Positions 1-16,523 of a stretch of 64,000 nucleotides of DNA are shown one piece after another. Numbering within the stretch: the stretch's first letter is position 1; each line of letters opens with the position of its first letter. The translations under genes and the position numbers were made by a program. The stretch is from the human T2T-CHM13v2.0 reference genome, Homo sapiens. Location: assembly GCF_009914755.1 (NCBI RefSeq), contig NC_060925.1; one strand, written 5' to 3'. Under the pieces are notes generated by a model that made no database searches, was not told where the DNA came from, and saw nothing but the letters and a program-made list of their open reading frames with translations.

Positions 1-880
1 TCTGCTGAGGGAAGTTCTCAAACTCAGTCAGGTTTGGAAAGTCATTGGGAGATTTTCCTAGAGGAGGCCAGGGAGGTTCCTCTGAACCCTAAGCCTCTTT
101 CACCCTCATCCCCAGCAGAAAAGATGTGACAATGCCTGTCCTGACTGAATAAAGAAGAGAGATAAGTCCAACTGAGGAGTCTGTGTTATGGGATAATCGG
201 AATTTGTACAGCAAAAGAGAAGCTATTCTCAGTATTTCAAGGAGAAATTATTCAAGTTGAATAAATTAGAGCCTAAACCACAGTCTTTCCGAAGCCTATG
301 GAATGTTATTCATGAAGCAGGTACTAGACACAGGGGATTCTCAGGTGCTACTTCAGAAGCCAGGGTGCACCTGCCCCTGGTGGTATGTGCTGAACACCGT
401 GTGATGATCCTCAGTCCTGTCTGGGAAGCCCAGGTCTTCCCAGACAGGAATGCTTTGATAAATCCACTGCTAGGTAGGTAATTCTTCTGTAACATTAATA
501 ATTCGGTTTTACTTTTGGATCCTAAAGTGGAACTACTTAGAAAATCTGCAAAAATCATGCAAAGAAAATCATGTAAAATCATGATCTTTACTTAGGCACT
601 TACAGGTGAAATGACGAGGTATCTGGAATTGCATTAAAATAGATCAAGGTGAAAAAGACTGACAAAAACATTAACTGTTAAAACTTGGGGCTATATATCA
701 AAGACATTAGTTTCTCTATGAGTATATTTCAAATTTTCCTCAATAAATTTTTTAAAAATTCAATTTAAAATTCAAGCCACAAATAAATGCTTTTTAAAAA
801 TTTCTTAGATTATACAAATAGTGCCATAACATCAAGAATAATCCCAAATCATTCCATATACTTCAAAAGATACAAAACCA

Positions 881-1228
<348 letters not shown>

Positions 1229-1327
1229 TTAGTTAAGAAAAAGAAGAAAAAAATATTCCCTAGATTCAGCCAGTTCCTTATCTCTACTGTCCTTCAGAGT
1301 CAAATTTCTTAAAAAAATAAGCAACTC

Positions 1328-2410
<1,083 letters not shown>

Positions 2411-2755
2411 TAAATGCAGTATATATTTCCAGATTGGATCCTGGACCAGGGGAAAAAAAAAAGCTATAAAGATCCTTTTTAGAACATCTGAATATAGACT
2501 ATATCAGATAATAGAATATCAATGTTACATTTCTTTAACTTGGTAATGTACTATAATCACATAAGGAAATGTCCTTGCTCTTAGGAAATATACACAGAGG
2601 TAGTTAGGGACAAACTAGCAAATGATTTAGGGGAAAAAATGATACCTACAGAGAGAGCAAACACAATAAAGCAAATATAGCAAAACATTTTCAATTGGTG
2701 AATCTGGGTAAAGGGTATACAAGATTCTTGCAACTCCTCTATTAGTTTGAGATCA

Positions 2756-3067
<312 letters not shown>

Positions 3068-3344
3068 TTTAAACCTCCCACATTCCCTGTTACATGTAAG
3101 ATAAAAGTTTGAACTCCTTGGTTAGGCTCTCTGTGATCTGACTCTTGCCCCCTCTACCATTATCGGTCATCAACTGAGAGGAGGACCACAACCAACATCC
3201 TACTCTCCACACACAAAGATTACAAATTTCTGAACACACCAAACTGCTTTGTTCCATGTCAAACATGTTCTCTCTACTTCCTGCACCTTGTCTGTCTGAC
3301 AAGCACCTTCTTATTTGATGCTATTCAAGCCTCACCTCCTCTTA

Positions 3345-4335
<991 letters not shown>

Positions 4336-4907
4336 TAAAAATGTTTTTTTCTTTCCATGTCCCTGATACAGCTTTTCATCAACTTTCCCAAAGTATGAAA
4401 AGAAACACGTATTTTTCACTAAGAGGTCAACCTATTTTCAATCTCTTACACCATTCTATATGTTGATGAACGTAAGTTCTAATAAAATTTTATCTGTTTC
4501 TCATTACTCATAAATATCATCTATTTATCTAATTGCATCTAAATGCTATTTTATTGCAAATATCCCATTCACCAACTTCAAAAAGAGAAAAACAAAACAA
4601 GCATCATTAAAAACAAAGCAAGAAAGTAGCAAAATAGATAATTCCAATATCACCTATAAGTACTCAGTTATCTTAAACAAATGAACTCAGATTGTCGACA
4701 AAAAAATCCAAGGCCTATTCATTAAAGCAAATAAATAACTCATATAACATCTAAAAATCTCACTCATGACCTATTTTCCTTTACTTGTGACCCAAATTTA
4801 GTTACTGGAGTATCTTAGACACTAGCAAAATAGAAAGGTAAGACAAGCTTTTGGACAGATTGTAACGGCAGACAGCAAAGAAACAAAATACACAAAAAAA
4901 GTCTATA

Positions 4908-5198
<291 letters not shown>

Positions 5199-5601
5199 GT
5201 CTATATAGAATCTTAACATAGTCTGCTAGAACAATTTTTTTCTAAAGAAAATACATCAAATTGAATAATATTAAATGACAGGAAAAGGAGTAAACATTAT
5301 AGAAACCTCCTTTAAAAATTAAAAACTATTTCAACTTTAAAATGAATGGGTATTAACAGCTCAGGGAGCACATCTGCTTCTTCAAAACAGGCAGAGTAGG
5401 AAAAAAATGTTGCTAATTTTTAAGAAATCATATAAATCAATTTTTTGATCATTATCAAACTATTCATAATAAAATTAACATATTACAACCATTCATACAA
5501 ATGTTTACTACAGACACACCTGAACTCAAGCAGTATTAACATTTCAATTTATTTTAGGAATGATGAAAAAATTATTCTAACATTTAAGAGACCACCATTT
5601 T

Positions 5602-5900
5602 GGCCAGGCCCAGTGGCTCACACCTGTAATCCCAGCACTTTGGGAAGCCGAGGTGGGCAGATCACCTGAGGTCAGGAGTTCGAGACCAGCCTGACCAACA
5701 TGGAGAAACCCCGTCTCTACTAAAAATACAAAATTAGCTGGGTGTGGTGGTGCATGCCTGTAATCCCAGCTACTGGGGAGGCTGAGGTGGGAGAATTGCT
5801 TGAACCGGGTGGTGGAGGTTGCGGTGAGCCAAGATCGCACCATTGCACCCCAGCCTGGGCAACAAGAATGAAACTCCATCTCAAAACAAACAAAAAAGAA
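5602..5900 (+). mobile_element. Alu (AluSp-like)
   Basis: 'ctgaccaacatggagaaacccc', dimeric structure, A-rich tail. Confidence 0.92.
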
Positions 5901-6314
5901 CACCACTTTTCATTTTACTGAATTACCTTTCCTGTTTAAGAGCATACTCCAACATTTTGATCCTCCTCACAAGATCCTTCTTCAAATTTTCTTGGCCCTT
6001 CCTTTCTCCCTGTAGGAAGGTAATCTGGGCCTGAGTAGGGGAAAGACAGACAAAATTCAGTTTAGACCAAAAAAAAAACAGTTTTTTTTAACTCAGTAAA
6101 GAACCTTTGGAAGTTAGAACAATTAGATGCAAAAATATTTCCTTTACACATTTCTCACAAAGCATGTAGAAATATAAAAATGCACTGACTGCAAGGGGGA
6201 AAAAGGATTTAAGTTAAAAAGGGCGGGGGGACATCTAAATGCATTGTACTTCAGGGTAGGGATTTTACAACACATAGTCCACATCAATTAAGAGTCTACA
6301 ATATAAAACAACTA

Positions 6315-6653
<339 letters not shown>

Positions 6654-8024
6654 CTAAAGCGTTTGTCTTTTTGCCATCAACAAGATCTTTTTATAAAGCA
6701 GGAAGGGTTAAAGTAAAATCAGTTCTTATAATCCCCTTGCACAAGCTTCATCATATATTTAAATTTTATGACAGATTCCTTAAGTGACTTTATTTTGGAC
6801 CTCCCCTACAAAAAATAAATTGCTCCCTTTTCTCAATCCCCACCATTTTTCTCACCCACCTTGACATGTAATCCATAGAAAAAAGAAAGTGAAAGTTGGG
6901 AAAAGGAAAATTAGAGACAATGGCCTTCTGCCCATTCCTGCCCCCCACCCCAAGGAATTACTAAAACCCTACATTTGAACATGAAACAAACTGTAAACAA
7001 CTTTTAAAGTCAGTAAAACAGAGGGGCTAGGAAAGAGTAGCTCTCCAGAATATTAAAAGAACATTTACAACTGAAATACTATCTTTCACATAAGAAATTG
7101 AAACTATGTCACAAACACTAACTTGTTAAAGTGACTCATAATACCTCTTAAAAGTCACAAGGGCCTCAAAACTAGCTATAAATTTCACTATTCTCACATA
7201 TACCACCACCCCCGTCTTTTATACTGACCCACTAAGACAGGTAACAATGTTATTTATGTATCTACAGTGCTTTCCATTAAGTGAGCAAGAACTTTACATT
7301 TAAGGATGACCTTGCCACATCCCTAAGGAATTGTGAGGATTGTGCAACTCAGGTTTAGCAAGTGAGCCATTAAACTTAATTCTCATTCAAACTTAGTTTG
7401 AATGACCTTTGTTTCTATTCGGTACCACAAGAAACATAAAATCCAACTTATCTAGTCTCTTATAACTTTCAAAATATAGGTAGTGTTGAGCTTTTCTTTT
7501 CATTTCAATATGCTCTTAAATTCTACATTACAATTAAAGGAAGGATTACATTTATCTTACTGAAATAAAAGTGGTCTGAAAACAATTCAATTGTTTTCAG
7601 AGGAAAAGGCATCAAATATCCACAAGACTCTTTTGAAATTATATATTCTGCAGTGGGATAATTATGTTACCTAACCAGAATAGTAATGACACATGCATTT
7701 AAAGCTGATAAAAATGAAAGTCTTGTCAAAAGGAAGTGACAGCCCAACTTGTCAGGCCAAACATGCTTTGGCATAGAACTTTATATGCTCTTTAAAATGA
7801 TTTTAATAAAAATAATAAGCTAATCAATGCAATCAAACTTTGAAGGTAATAACAATATCAATTATCAATTTTGTCCTCTCGATACTCCTTGGCTAGTTTT
7901 GCATTTCTGCTAACATCATTGGTCCTGGATGATTCTGAAACTTCAGCCTACAATACCGTAAAGTCTTTACTGTATATGTTCAACTTCAAGCATAAGAGAA
8001 ATTACAATTAAAAGTATAATCAGA

Positions 8025-8494
8025 GGCTGGGCACAGTGGCTCAGTCCTGTAATTACAGCACTTTGGGAGGCCGAGGTGGGAGGATAACTTGAGCTCAGGA
8101 GTTTGAGCCTAGCCTGTGCAACATAGCGAGACCACTTCCCTACAAATAATTAAAAAAATCAGCCAGGCATGGTGGCATGTGTCTGTGGTCCCAGCTACTT
8201 GGGAGGCTGAGGCAGGAGAATCACCTCAGCCCAGGAGGCCAAGGCTGCAGTGAGCAGTGATCACGCCACCACACTCTAACATGGGTGACAGAGTGAGACC
8301 TTGTCTCAAAAAAAAAAAGGGGGCGGGGGGGGGGGGTGGTGGGGTGGTAATCAGGGCCAGGCATGGTAGCTAATGCCTGTAGTCCCAGAACTTTGGGAGA
8401 CTGAGGTGAGAGGATTGCTTGAGGCTGGAGTTTGAGACCATCCTGGCCAACATGCCAAGAAGTCTCATAAAAATATTAAAAATATAAAAAATAA
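8025..8494 (+). mobile_element. AluJ-like element (8025-8318), a G-run (8319-8346) and an Alu left monomer (8355-8494)
   Basis: Alu consensus motifs; a poly-G tract lies between the two elements. Confidence 0.85.
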
Positions 8495-9177
8495 AGTACA
8501 ATCAGATTTCTCCTTTTCCATCAGATGGATAAAGTTCAGTAATTTAATAATATGGTAGAAAACAGACATTTATATGTTAGCTGTGGTGATATAAACCAGT
8601 TTCACTTTATAGAGGACAACTGGTAATATCTGTCAAGTTTATAAATGCATATACCCTTTAACTCAGCAATTTTAGAATGTTATCCTTCAAATATTTATTT
8701 GTACATACATGAAATTATATAATACATTACTGATAAAACACAGACAAGAATATGTATACAACCCAAATGACCACCTAAAGGAGACTGGTTAAATAAATGA
8801 GTATAATTGAAAGAAAATTAGGACCTGAACTAAGACCTTTGAGAAAAGAGTAAAAGACTATGAGAATAATGTCAATCTTTTACCTTTTTTTCTCTAGAAA
8901 ACTAAGACATTAGAAACAAAAAGTCTTAAAACACATTCCTACATAAAAAAAAGAATTCCTTCTGTAAAACGACCTCAGTCGAAAACATAATAATTGGTAT
9001 AAATTCTTACTCTTTTAAAATAAAGATTAAATTCCAGCTAAAAATTCTCCAGATATGGCAGTATATTGCTCTTTGAATTGAACTGAGGAAGGGCGAGGGT
9101 GAGAGACATAAAAGATGAAAACAGTGAAAGGAAGAAATAAAGGGAAGGGAAAAAGTAAAAAGAAAAAGAGGAAAATA

Positions 9178-9753
<576 letters not shown>

Positions 9754-10025
9754 TAAGTGTTATGAATAAATATGTTTAAAAACTTACAAATCATCAACTG
9801 CCATTTATCAGTACAACTAAACTTAATGATAACAGGATATATTTCTGGAGAAGAAAACTTTGGAATTATTTTCAAGGAAAATGAATGTTGAACTTCCATG
9901 ATACTTTGTGTATTTTTCACAGTATAGAAAATTAGATATTCACTTCCTAACCATCATAAACAAAAAAGATAAAAATAATAGAAGGAAGATATTTTACTAT
10001 TTAAGTCTGCATGACAGAAAGAAAA

Positions 10026-10339
10026 TTTATTTTTTTATTTAATTTTTTATTTTATATATTTATTTTTTTTGAGATGGAGTCTCACTCTGTTGCCCAGGCT
10101 GGAGTGCAGTGGCACCATCTCAGCTCACTGCAAGCTCCGCTTCCCGGGTTCACGCCATTCTCTTGCCTCAGCCTCCTGAGTAGCTGGGACTACAGGCGCC
10201 CGCCACTGCACCCGGCTAATTTTTTGTATTTTTAGTAGAGACGGGGTTTTACCATGGTCTCAATCTCCTGATCTCGTGATCCGCCCGCCCCGGCCTCCCA
10301 AAATGCTGGGATTACAGACGTGAGCCACCGTGCCCAGCT
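10026..10339 (-). mobile_element. Alu (AluY-like), antisense
   Basis: 'gcaagctccgc', 'gggttcacgccattctc'; TSD gaaaatttattttt. Confidence 0.92.
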
Positions 10340-10505
10340 GAAAATTTATTTTTATATTATTTTCAATTCTAATTTGTCAAAAGGATATATGGAAATAGGA
10401 ATACAAATCTTCTATATTTAAACAGGTTTATCTGCATACGTAATATCTAATAAACAATTAAAATATTTAAAATGTACCACTTAATTTATTAAAGCCCCCC
10501 CACCC

Positions 10506-10801
10506 TTTTTTTTTTCTTTTGAGACGGAGTCTCACTCTGTCGCCCAGGCTGTAGTACAGTGGTGAGATTTCGGCTCACTGCAACTTCAGCCTCCCGGGGT
10601 CGAAGTAATTCTCCTACCTCAGCCTCCTGAGTAGCTGGGATTACAGGTGCGCACCACTACGCCCAGCTAATTTTTGTATTTTTAGTAGAGACAGGGTTTT
10701 ACCACGTTGGTCAGGCTGTTCTCAAACTCCTGACCTCGTGATCCACCCACCTCGGTCTCCCTAAGCCCTGGGATTACAGGTGCGAGCCACCGCGCCCAGC
10801 C
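10506..10801 (-). mobile_element. Alu (AluSg-like), antisense
   Basis: Poly(T) plus reverse-complement Alu, 'tgacctcgtgatcc'. Confidence 0.9.
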
Positions 10802-11269
10802 TTATTGAAGCCATTTTAAACTACTGTGTATTCTGAAATTTAAAAGGGCTAGGATTCAAAATTGAAATAACTGAGAAGTATATTCAAAATGAAAAATACA
10901 CAAAATTCTTGGGTTGGACACTTTTCAGTAGCTTTTCAGTTACTTGCTATGGAATATAAAAAGCATTCACTTTTACAAAAATCTAAAATAAAATATTATA
11001 AAACTTGATTAATTTAAGGTTCTCATCTTTTGATTTGAACACAAACTTCAAAGTAAAAGAGGAAATATATAAGTAAAAGTCAATTATATGGTTACAGTGT
11101 ACAGTGAAGTTTCAATAATCTGCTTTATGTCTTAATGCCTTCTATAAACTATATCTATTCCCTCTGAAAAGCTTTGGATTATATTATCCTCTTAAATCTA
11201 GGCTGCTAGTTTTCTCTGGCACATAATCACTGCCTCTAGCCCTCTCTCTTAAAGACAGTGTCTTTATCA

Positions 11270-11565
<296 letters not shown>

Positions 11566-11579
11566 GCATCATTATCATT

Positions 11580-11759
11580 TGGTGACATCAAACTTTACCA
11601 ACAGAATCACCCAGATGACTTGTTAAAACACAATTTTTTAGGTTCTACCCTCAGAGTTGCTCATTCAGTAGGTCTGGAGTGGGGCCCAAGAATTTGCATT
11701 TCTAGTAAGTACCCAGGTGATAATGCTGCTGATCTGGGACCACCCTTGGAGAACCACTG
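11580..11759. mobile_element. MER5A (hAT-Charlie non-autonomous DNA transposon)
   Basis: 'cagaatcacc...cttgttaaaacaca...attcagtaggtctggagtggggcccaagaatttgcatttcta...ccaggtgat...gagaaccactg' matches MER5A motifs. Confidence 0.8.
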
Positions 11760-11845
11760 ACTTAAACCATTTGTAACACAGTTAGAAGGCCAAAAACAAA
11801 AAACAAAGCAAAGCAAAACAAAACAAAACAAAAAGCAGGAAATAG

Positions 11846-12177
<332 letters not shown>

Positions 12178-12210
12178 GAAGAAGAAGCAAAGAATAGTCC
12201 CAGAACCCTC

Positions 12211-12261
12211 TTTTTTTCCCCAAAGTGTTGGGATTACAGGTGTGAGCTACCGCGTCCAGCC
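12211..12261 (-). mobile_element. ~50 bp Alu 5' fragment with short A-tail
   Basis: Reverse complement reads gctggacgcggtagctcacacctgtaatcccaacactttgggg+A7, flanked by direct repeat cccagaaccct. Confidence 0.75.
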
Positions 12262-12639
12262 CCAGAACCCTACCCTTTTTACTCCACAGAAGTATGGAGT
12301 CTTATACAGGCCTTCAAGCTGACAGATGAGTACATACTAGCTTTTTGATTCTCTTCCAAATTCCTTATTTATGACTATACTTTTGGCAGTCTCCTGATAA
12401 AATGAAATCTACCAATGTATTTCAGTTCAATCACGTGTTTGGGAAATACCTACTTCCCATCAGGTCTAAACTGCTGTAAAGGAGAATATAGGAAAAACAA
12501 ATAAAACCAAGTTTCTACCCACAATGTACTTCCAATCTAGTTAGGGTAAAAAAGCAGCACACATATGTTCACAAAAACAGCTAAGAAAAGATAGTGCAGT
12601 ACTAATAAATGAGGATTCAAGTGATAAAATCAAATATTT

Positions 12640-12735
12640 GTATTTCTTCATTTAACAATATTAGCTAAACACCTACTTTGTGCCTGGCACAGTTATTGGT
12701 ACTGGGACTAAAGTAGTGACAAAACAAAACAGAGC
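12640..12735 (-). mobile_element. L2 3'-end fragment
   Basis: 'ttcatttaacaa...acacctactttgtgcctggcacag' resembles the antisense L2 terminus. Confidence 0.6.
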
Positions 12736-12934
12736 TAACAATCCAGTGAATGAAATATATGTTGCCTAAGACGTATGTGTACCAGTAGCATACGTTATAT
12801 TTACTTAGAACCAGAAACACAGTTGCAGGCAAAAGCAGTGAATATAAAAATAAACACAAAAAGCAACTGGATGCCTATTTAACTCTAGAGTCAAGTAGAG
12901 AACTGATGTTCAACTTAAAAATTGCTTGCTTGCT

Positions 12935-13098
12935 TATTCATTTATTTGTTTATTTCTTTGAGACAGGGTCTCACTCTGTTGCCCAGGCTGGAGTGCAATC
13001 ATAGCTCACCGCAGCCTCGAACTCCTCAACTCAGGCAATCCACCTGCCTCAGCCTCCCAAAGTGCTGGAATTACAGGCTTGAGCCACCGCGCCGGGCC
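12935..13098 (-). mobile_element. Monomer-length Alu (FAM-like or internally deleted AluJ)
   Basis: Alu 3' end joined to Alu 5' end within ~140 bp plus a T-rich tail. Confidence 0.75.
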
Positions 13099-13487
13099 TA
13101 TGTGTTTTTAAGGAGGCCGGCCTGAGTGTGGTTTTCCTTGTTGAAATGTGTCTCTAAGCAGGTTCCTGGCTCCTGGACTTTCTGGGGCAGGGTTTCCACC
13201 CTGTCCCTGGGCAGCCCAGGGGCTGACCCGGAAACCGTGAATTCAGCATGCTCAGCAAAGCCTACAAAGCCATCCTCTTCTGGACAAAGTTCAGACTTCA
13301 ATTCCTCTGTTCTCAGATGTCAGGCATAGAGCAGAGCCTTGTTAACCACGGTCACACTGTTTCATACTGAATTGTTACAAATTAGTACTTATTCATCCTG
13401 CGTAACTGCAACTTTGTATTTTTAACCAATACCTCTTCATTTCCTCCTGCTGATGATCAGGGTATATCCATAGATAATCATCACATT

Positions 13488-13788
13488 GGCCTGGTGCGGT
13501 GGCTCACACGTGTAATCCCAGAACTTTGGGAGGCCGAGGCGGGCGGATCACGAGGTCAGGATACGAGACCATCCTGGCTAAAACGGTGAAACCCTGTCTC
13601 TACTAAAAATACAAAAAAATTAGGTGGACATGGTGGGTGGGTGCCTGTAGTCCGAGCTACTGGGGAGGCTGAGGCAGGAGAATGGTGTGAACCCGGGGGA
13701 GGCGGAGGTTGCAGTGAGTCGACATCGCACCACTGCACTCCAGCCTGGGCAACAGAGCGACAGAGCGAGACTCTGTCTCAAAAAAAAA
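13488..13788 (+). mobile_element. Alu (AluY/Sc-like)
   Basis: 'gagaccatcctggctaa', 'gaatggtgtgaacccggg'. Confidence 0.9.
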
Positions 13789-14061
13789 GTCTACCAAGGA
13801 GTTTTGCTTCACCCATGAAAGGAAGAAAATGGTCCAGGTAAAACGGCCATCGGGATGTAACAAAAAATTGTCAACGATCACACTCTATAGAGGTGGCTGA
13901 TTTGATACAACACCCAGTGAAATTTTTGACGACAAATATTGCAGACTGCAAGAGACGCTTCTTGTTCGTAGAAATAGAAATAAAGCATGGTGTCTGCGCC
14001 TGGCTTTCTGCTGTAAGCTGAAGTACTTCATGGCAGCAGGAATTGGGCAACCCACCGTTTA

Positions 14062-14508
<447 letters not shown>

Positions 14509-14592
14509 TTACCATGAGGTGTCATTACATGATATACACGTGCTTGGAAACAGTATATTATATGTCATAAATGTGTACAATCGTTATGGAGT

Positions 14593-14881
<289 letters not shown>

Positions 14882-15073
14882 GATCCGAACGATGACTCTT
14901 AAAAATAAAATAAAACTTTAGAAAAGAAGAAAATCTAATGGTGGTTTTTGTCTTTTCATTGGCTCTGTGTTACTTTGTAGCTGCAATTTTTTTTTCCTTC
15001 ATTAAGTCAGCTCCAAATTTGCAAACTCAAGTGAAAGGTGAGTGAGTTTTCTGTGTATCTTCTTGGCATGGGG

Positions 15074-15113
15074 TGGTGAGTGTGTGTACGTGTGAGTGTG
15101 TGTGTGTGAGTGT
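15074..15113. repeat. Imperfect (GT)n/(GTGA)n microsatellite at the satellite border
   Basis: ggtgagtgtgtgtacgtgtgagtgtgtgtgtgtgagtgtg. Confidence 0.8.
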
Positions 15114-16490
15114 GCTGGCTGTCTTGGCTGGCTTCGCTGGCTGGCTGGCTTGGCTGCTTGGCTGGCTTGGCTGGCTTGGCTGGCTGGCAGGCTTGGCTGG
15201 CTTGCCTAGTTTGGCTGTCCAGGTAGCTTGGCTGACTTGGCTGGCCGTGGGACATGGCTGGCTTGGGTGGCTGAGTGGATTGGCTAGCTTGGTTGGCCGG
15301 CTGGCTTGGCAGGATGGATGACTTGGCTGGCTTGGCTGGCTTGGCTGGCTTGGCTGGCAGGCTGGTTTGGCTGGCTTGGCTGCCTTGGCTGTCTGGCCGG
15401 CTTGGCTGGCTGGCAGGCCGGCCGGCTTGGCTGGCTGGCTGGTTGTCTGGCTTGGCTAGCTGACTGGCTTTGCTGCTTGGCTGGCTGGCTGGTTGGCTTG
15501 CTTGGCTAGCTGACTCGCTGGGCTGGTTGGCTGGCTTGGCTATCTTCCTGGCTGGCTTGGCTGGCTTGGCTGGCTTGGCTGGCTGGATGGCCGGGTGGCT
15601 TAGCTGGCTTGGCTGGCTGGCTGGTTGCCTTGGCTGGCTTGGCTGGCTGGGAGGCTTGGCTGGCTTGGCTGGCTTGGCTGTCTGGGCTGGCTAGCTGGCT
15701 TGGCTGTCTTGGCTGGCTGGGTTGCTTGGATGGCTTGGCTGGCTGGCTGGCTTGGCAGGCTTGGGTGGCTATCAGGCTTGGCTGGCTTGGCTGGCTGTCT
15801 ATCTTGGCTGGCTTGGCTGGCTGGCAGGCTTGGCTGGCTTGGCTGGCTGTCTGGCCGGGTGGCTTGGCTGGTTTGGCTGCCCAGGTGGCTTGGCTGGCTT
15901 GGCTGGCTGAGTGGCTTCACCGGCTTGGCTGGTCAAGTGGATTGGCTAGCTTGGCTGGCCAGCTGGCTTGGCAGGCTGGATGGCTTGGCTGGCTTGGCTG
16001 CCTTGGCTGGTTGGGTGGCTTGTCAGGCTTGGATGGCTGGGTGGCTTGGCTGGCATGGCTGGCTGGGTGGCTTGGCTGGCTTGGCCGGCTGGCTGGCTTG
16101 GCTGGCTGCCTGGCTTGGCTGGCTTGGCTGGCTTGGCTGGCTGGCAGGCTTGGCTGGCTTGGCTGGTGGCTGGCTTGACTGGCTTGGCTAGTTGGCTGGC
16201 TTGGCTGGCTGGCTGGGTGGCTTGGCTGGCTTGGCTGGCTGGCTGGCTGGGTGTCTTGGGTGGCTTGGCTGGCTGGGTGGCTTGGCTGGTTTGGCTGGCT
16301 GGCTTGGCTGGCTGGCTTGCTGGCTTGCTTGGCTGGCTTGGCTGGCTGGCTGGTTTGGCTGTCTGGGCTGGCTGCCTGGCTTGCATGGCTTGGCTGGCTG
16401 GGTGGCTGACCAGCCTGGCTGGCTGGGTGGCTGGCTGGCTTGGCTGGCTGGGTGGCTGGCTGGCCTGGCTGGCTGGGTGGCTGGCTGGCT

Positions 16491-16523
<33 letters not shown>

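Noticed and set aside
7860-7960. Possible minus-strand pseudo-exon (acceptor-like gtag| near 7948)
   Set aside because: Stops occur within about 30 codons in all three frames, there is no clear donor, and I recognised no homology.
16161-16170. E. coli Chi sequence GCTGGTGG within the satellite
   Set aside because: It is a trivial variant of the GGCT lattice, and there is no RecBCD in this organism.
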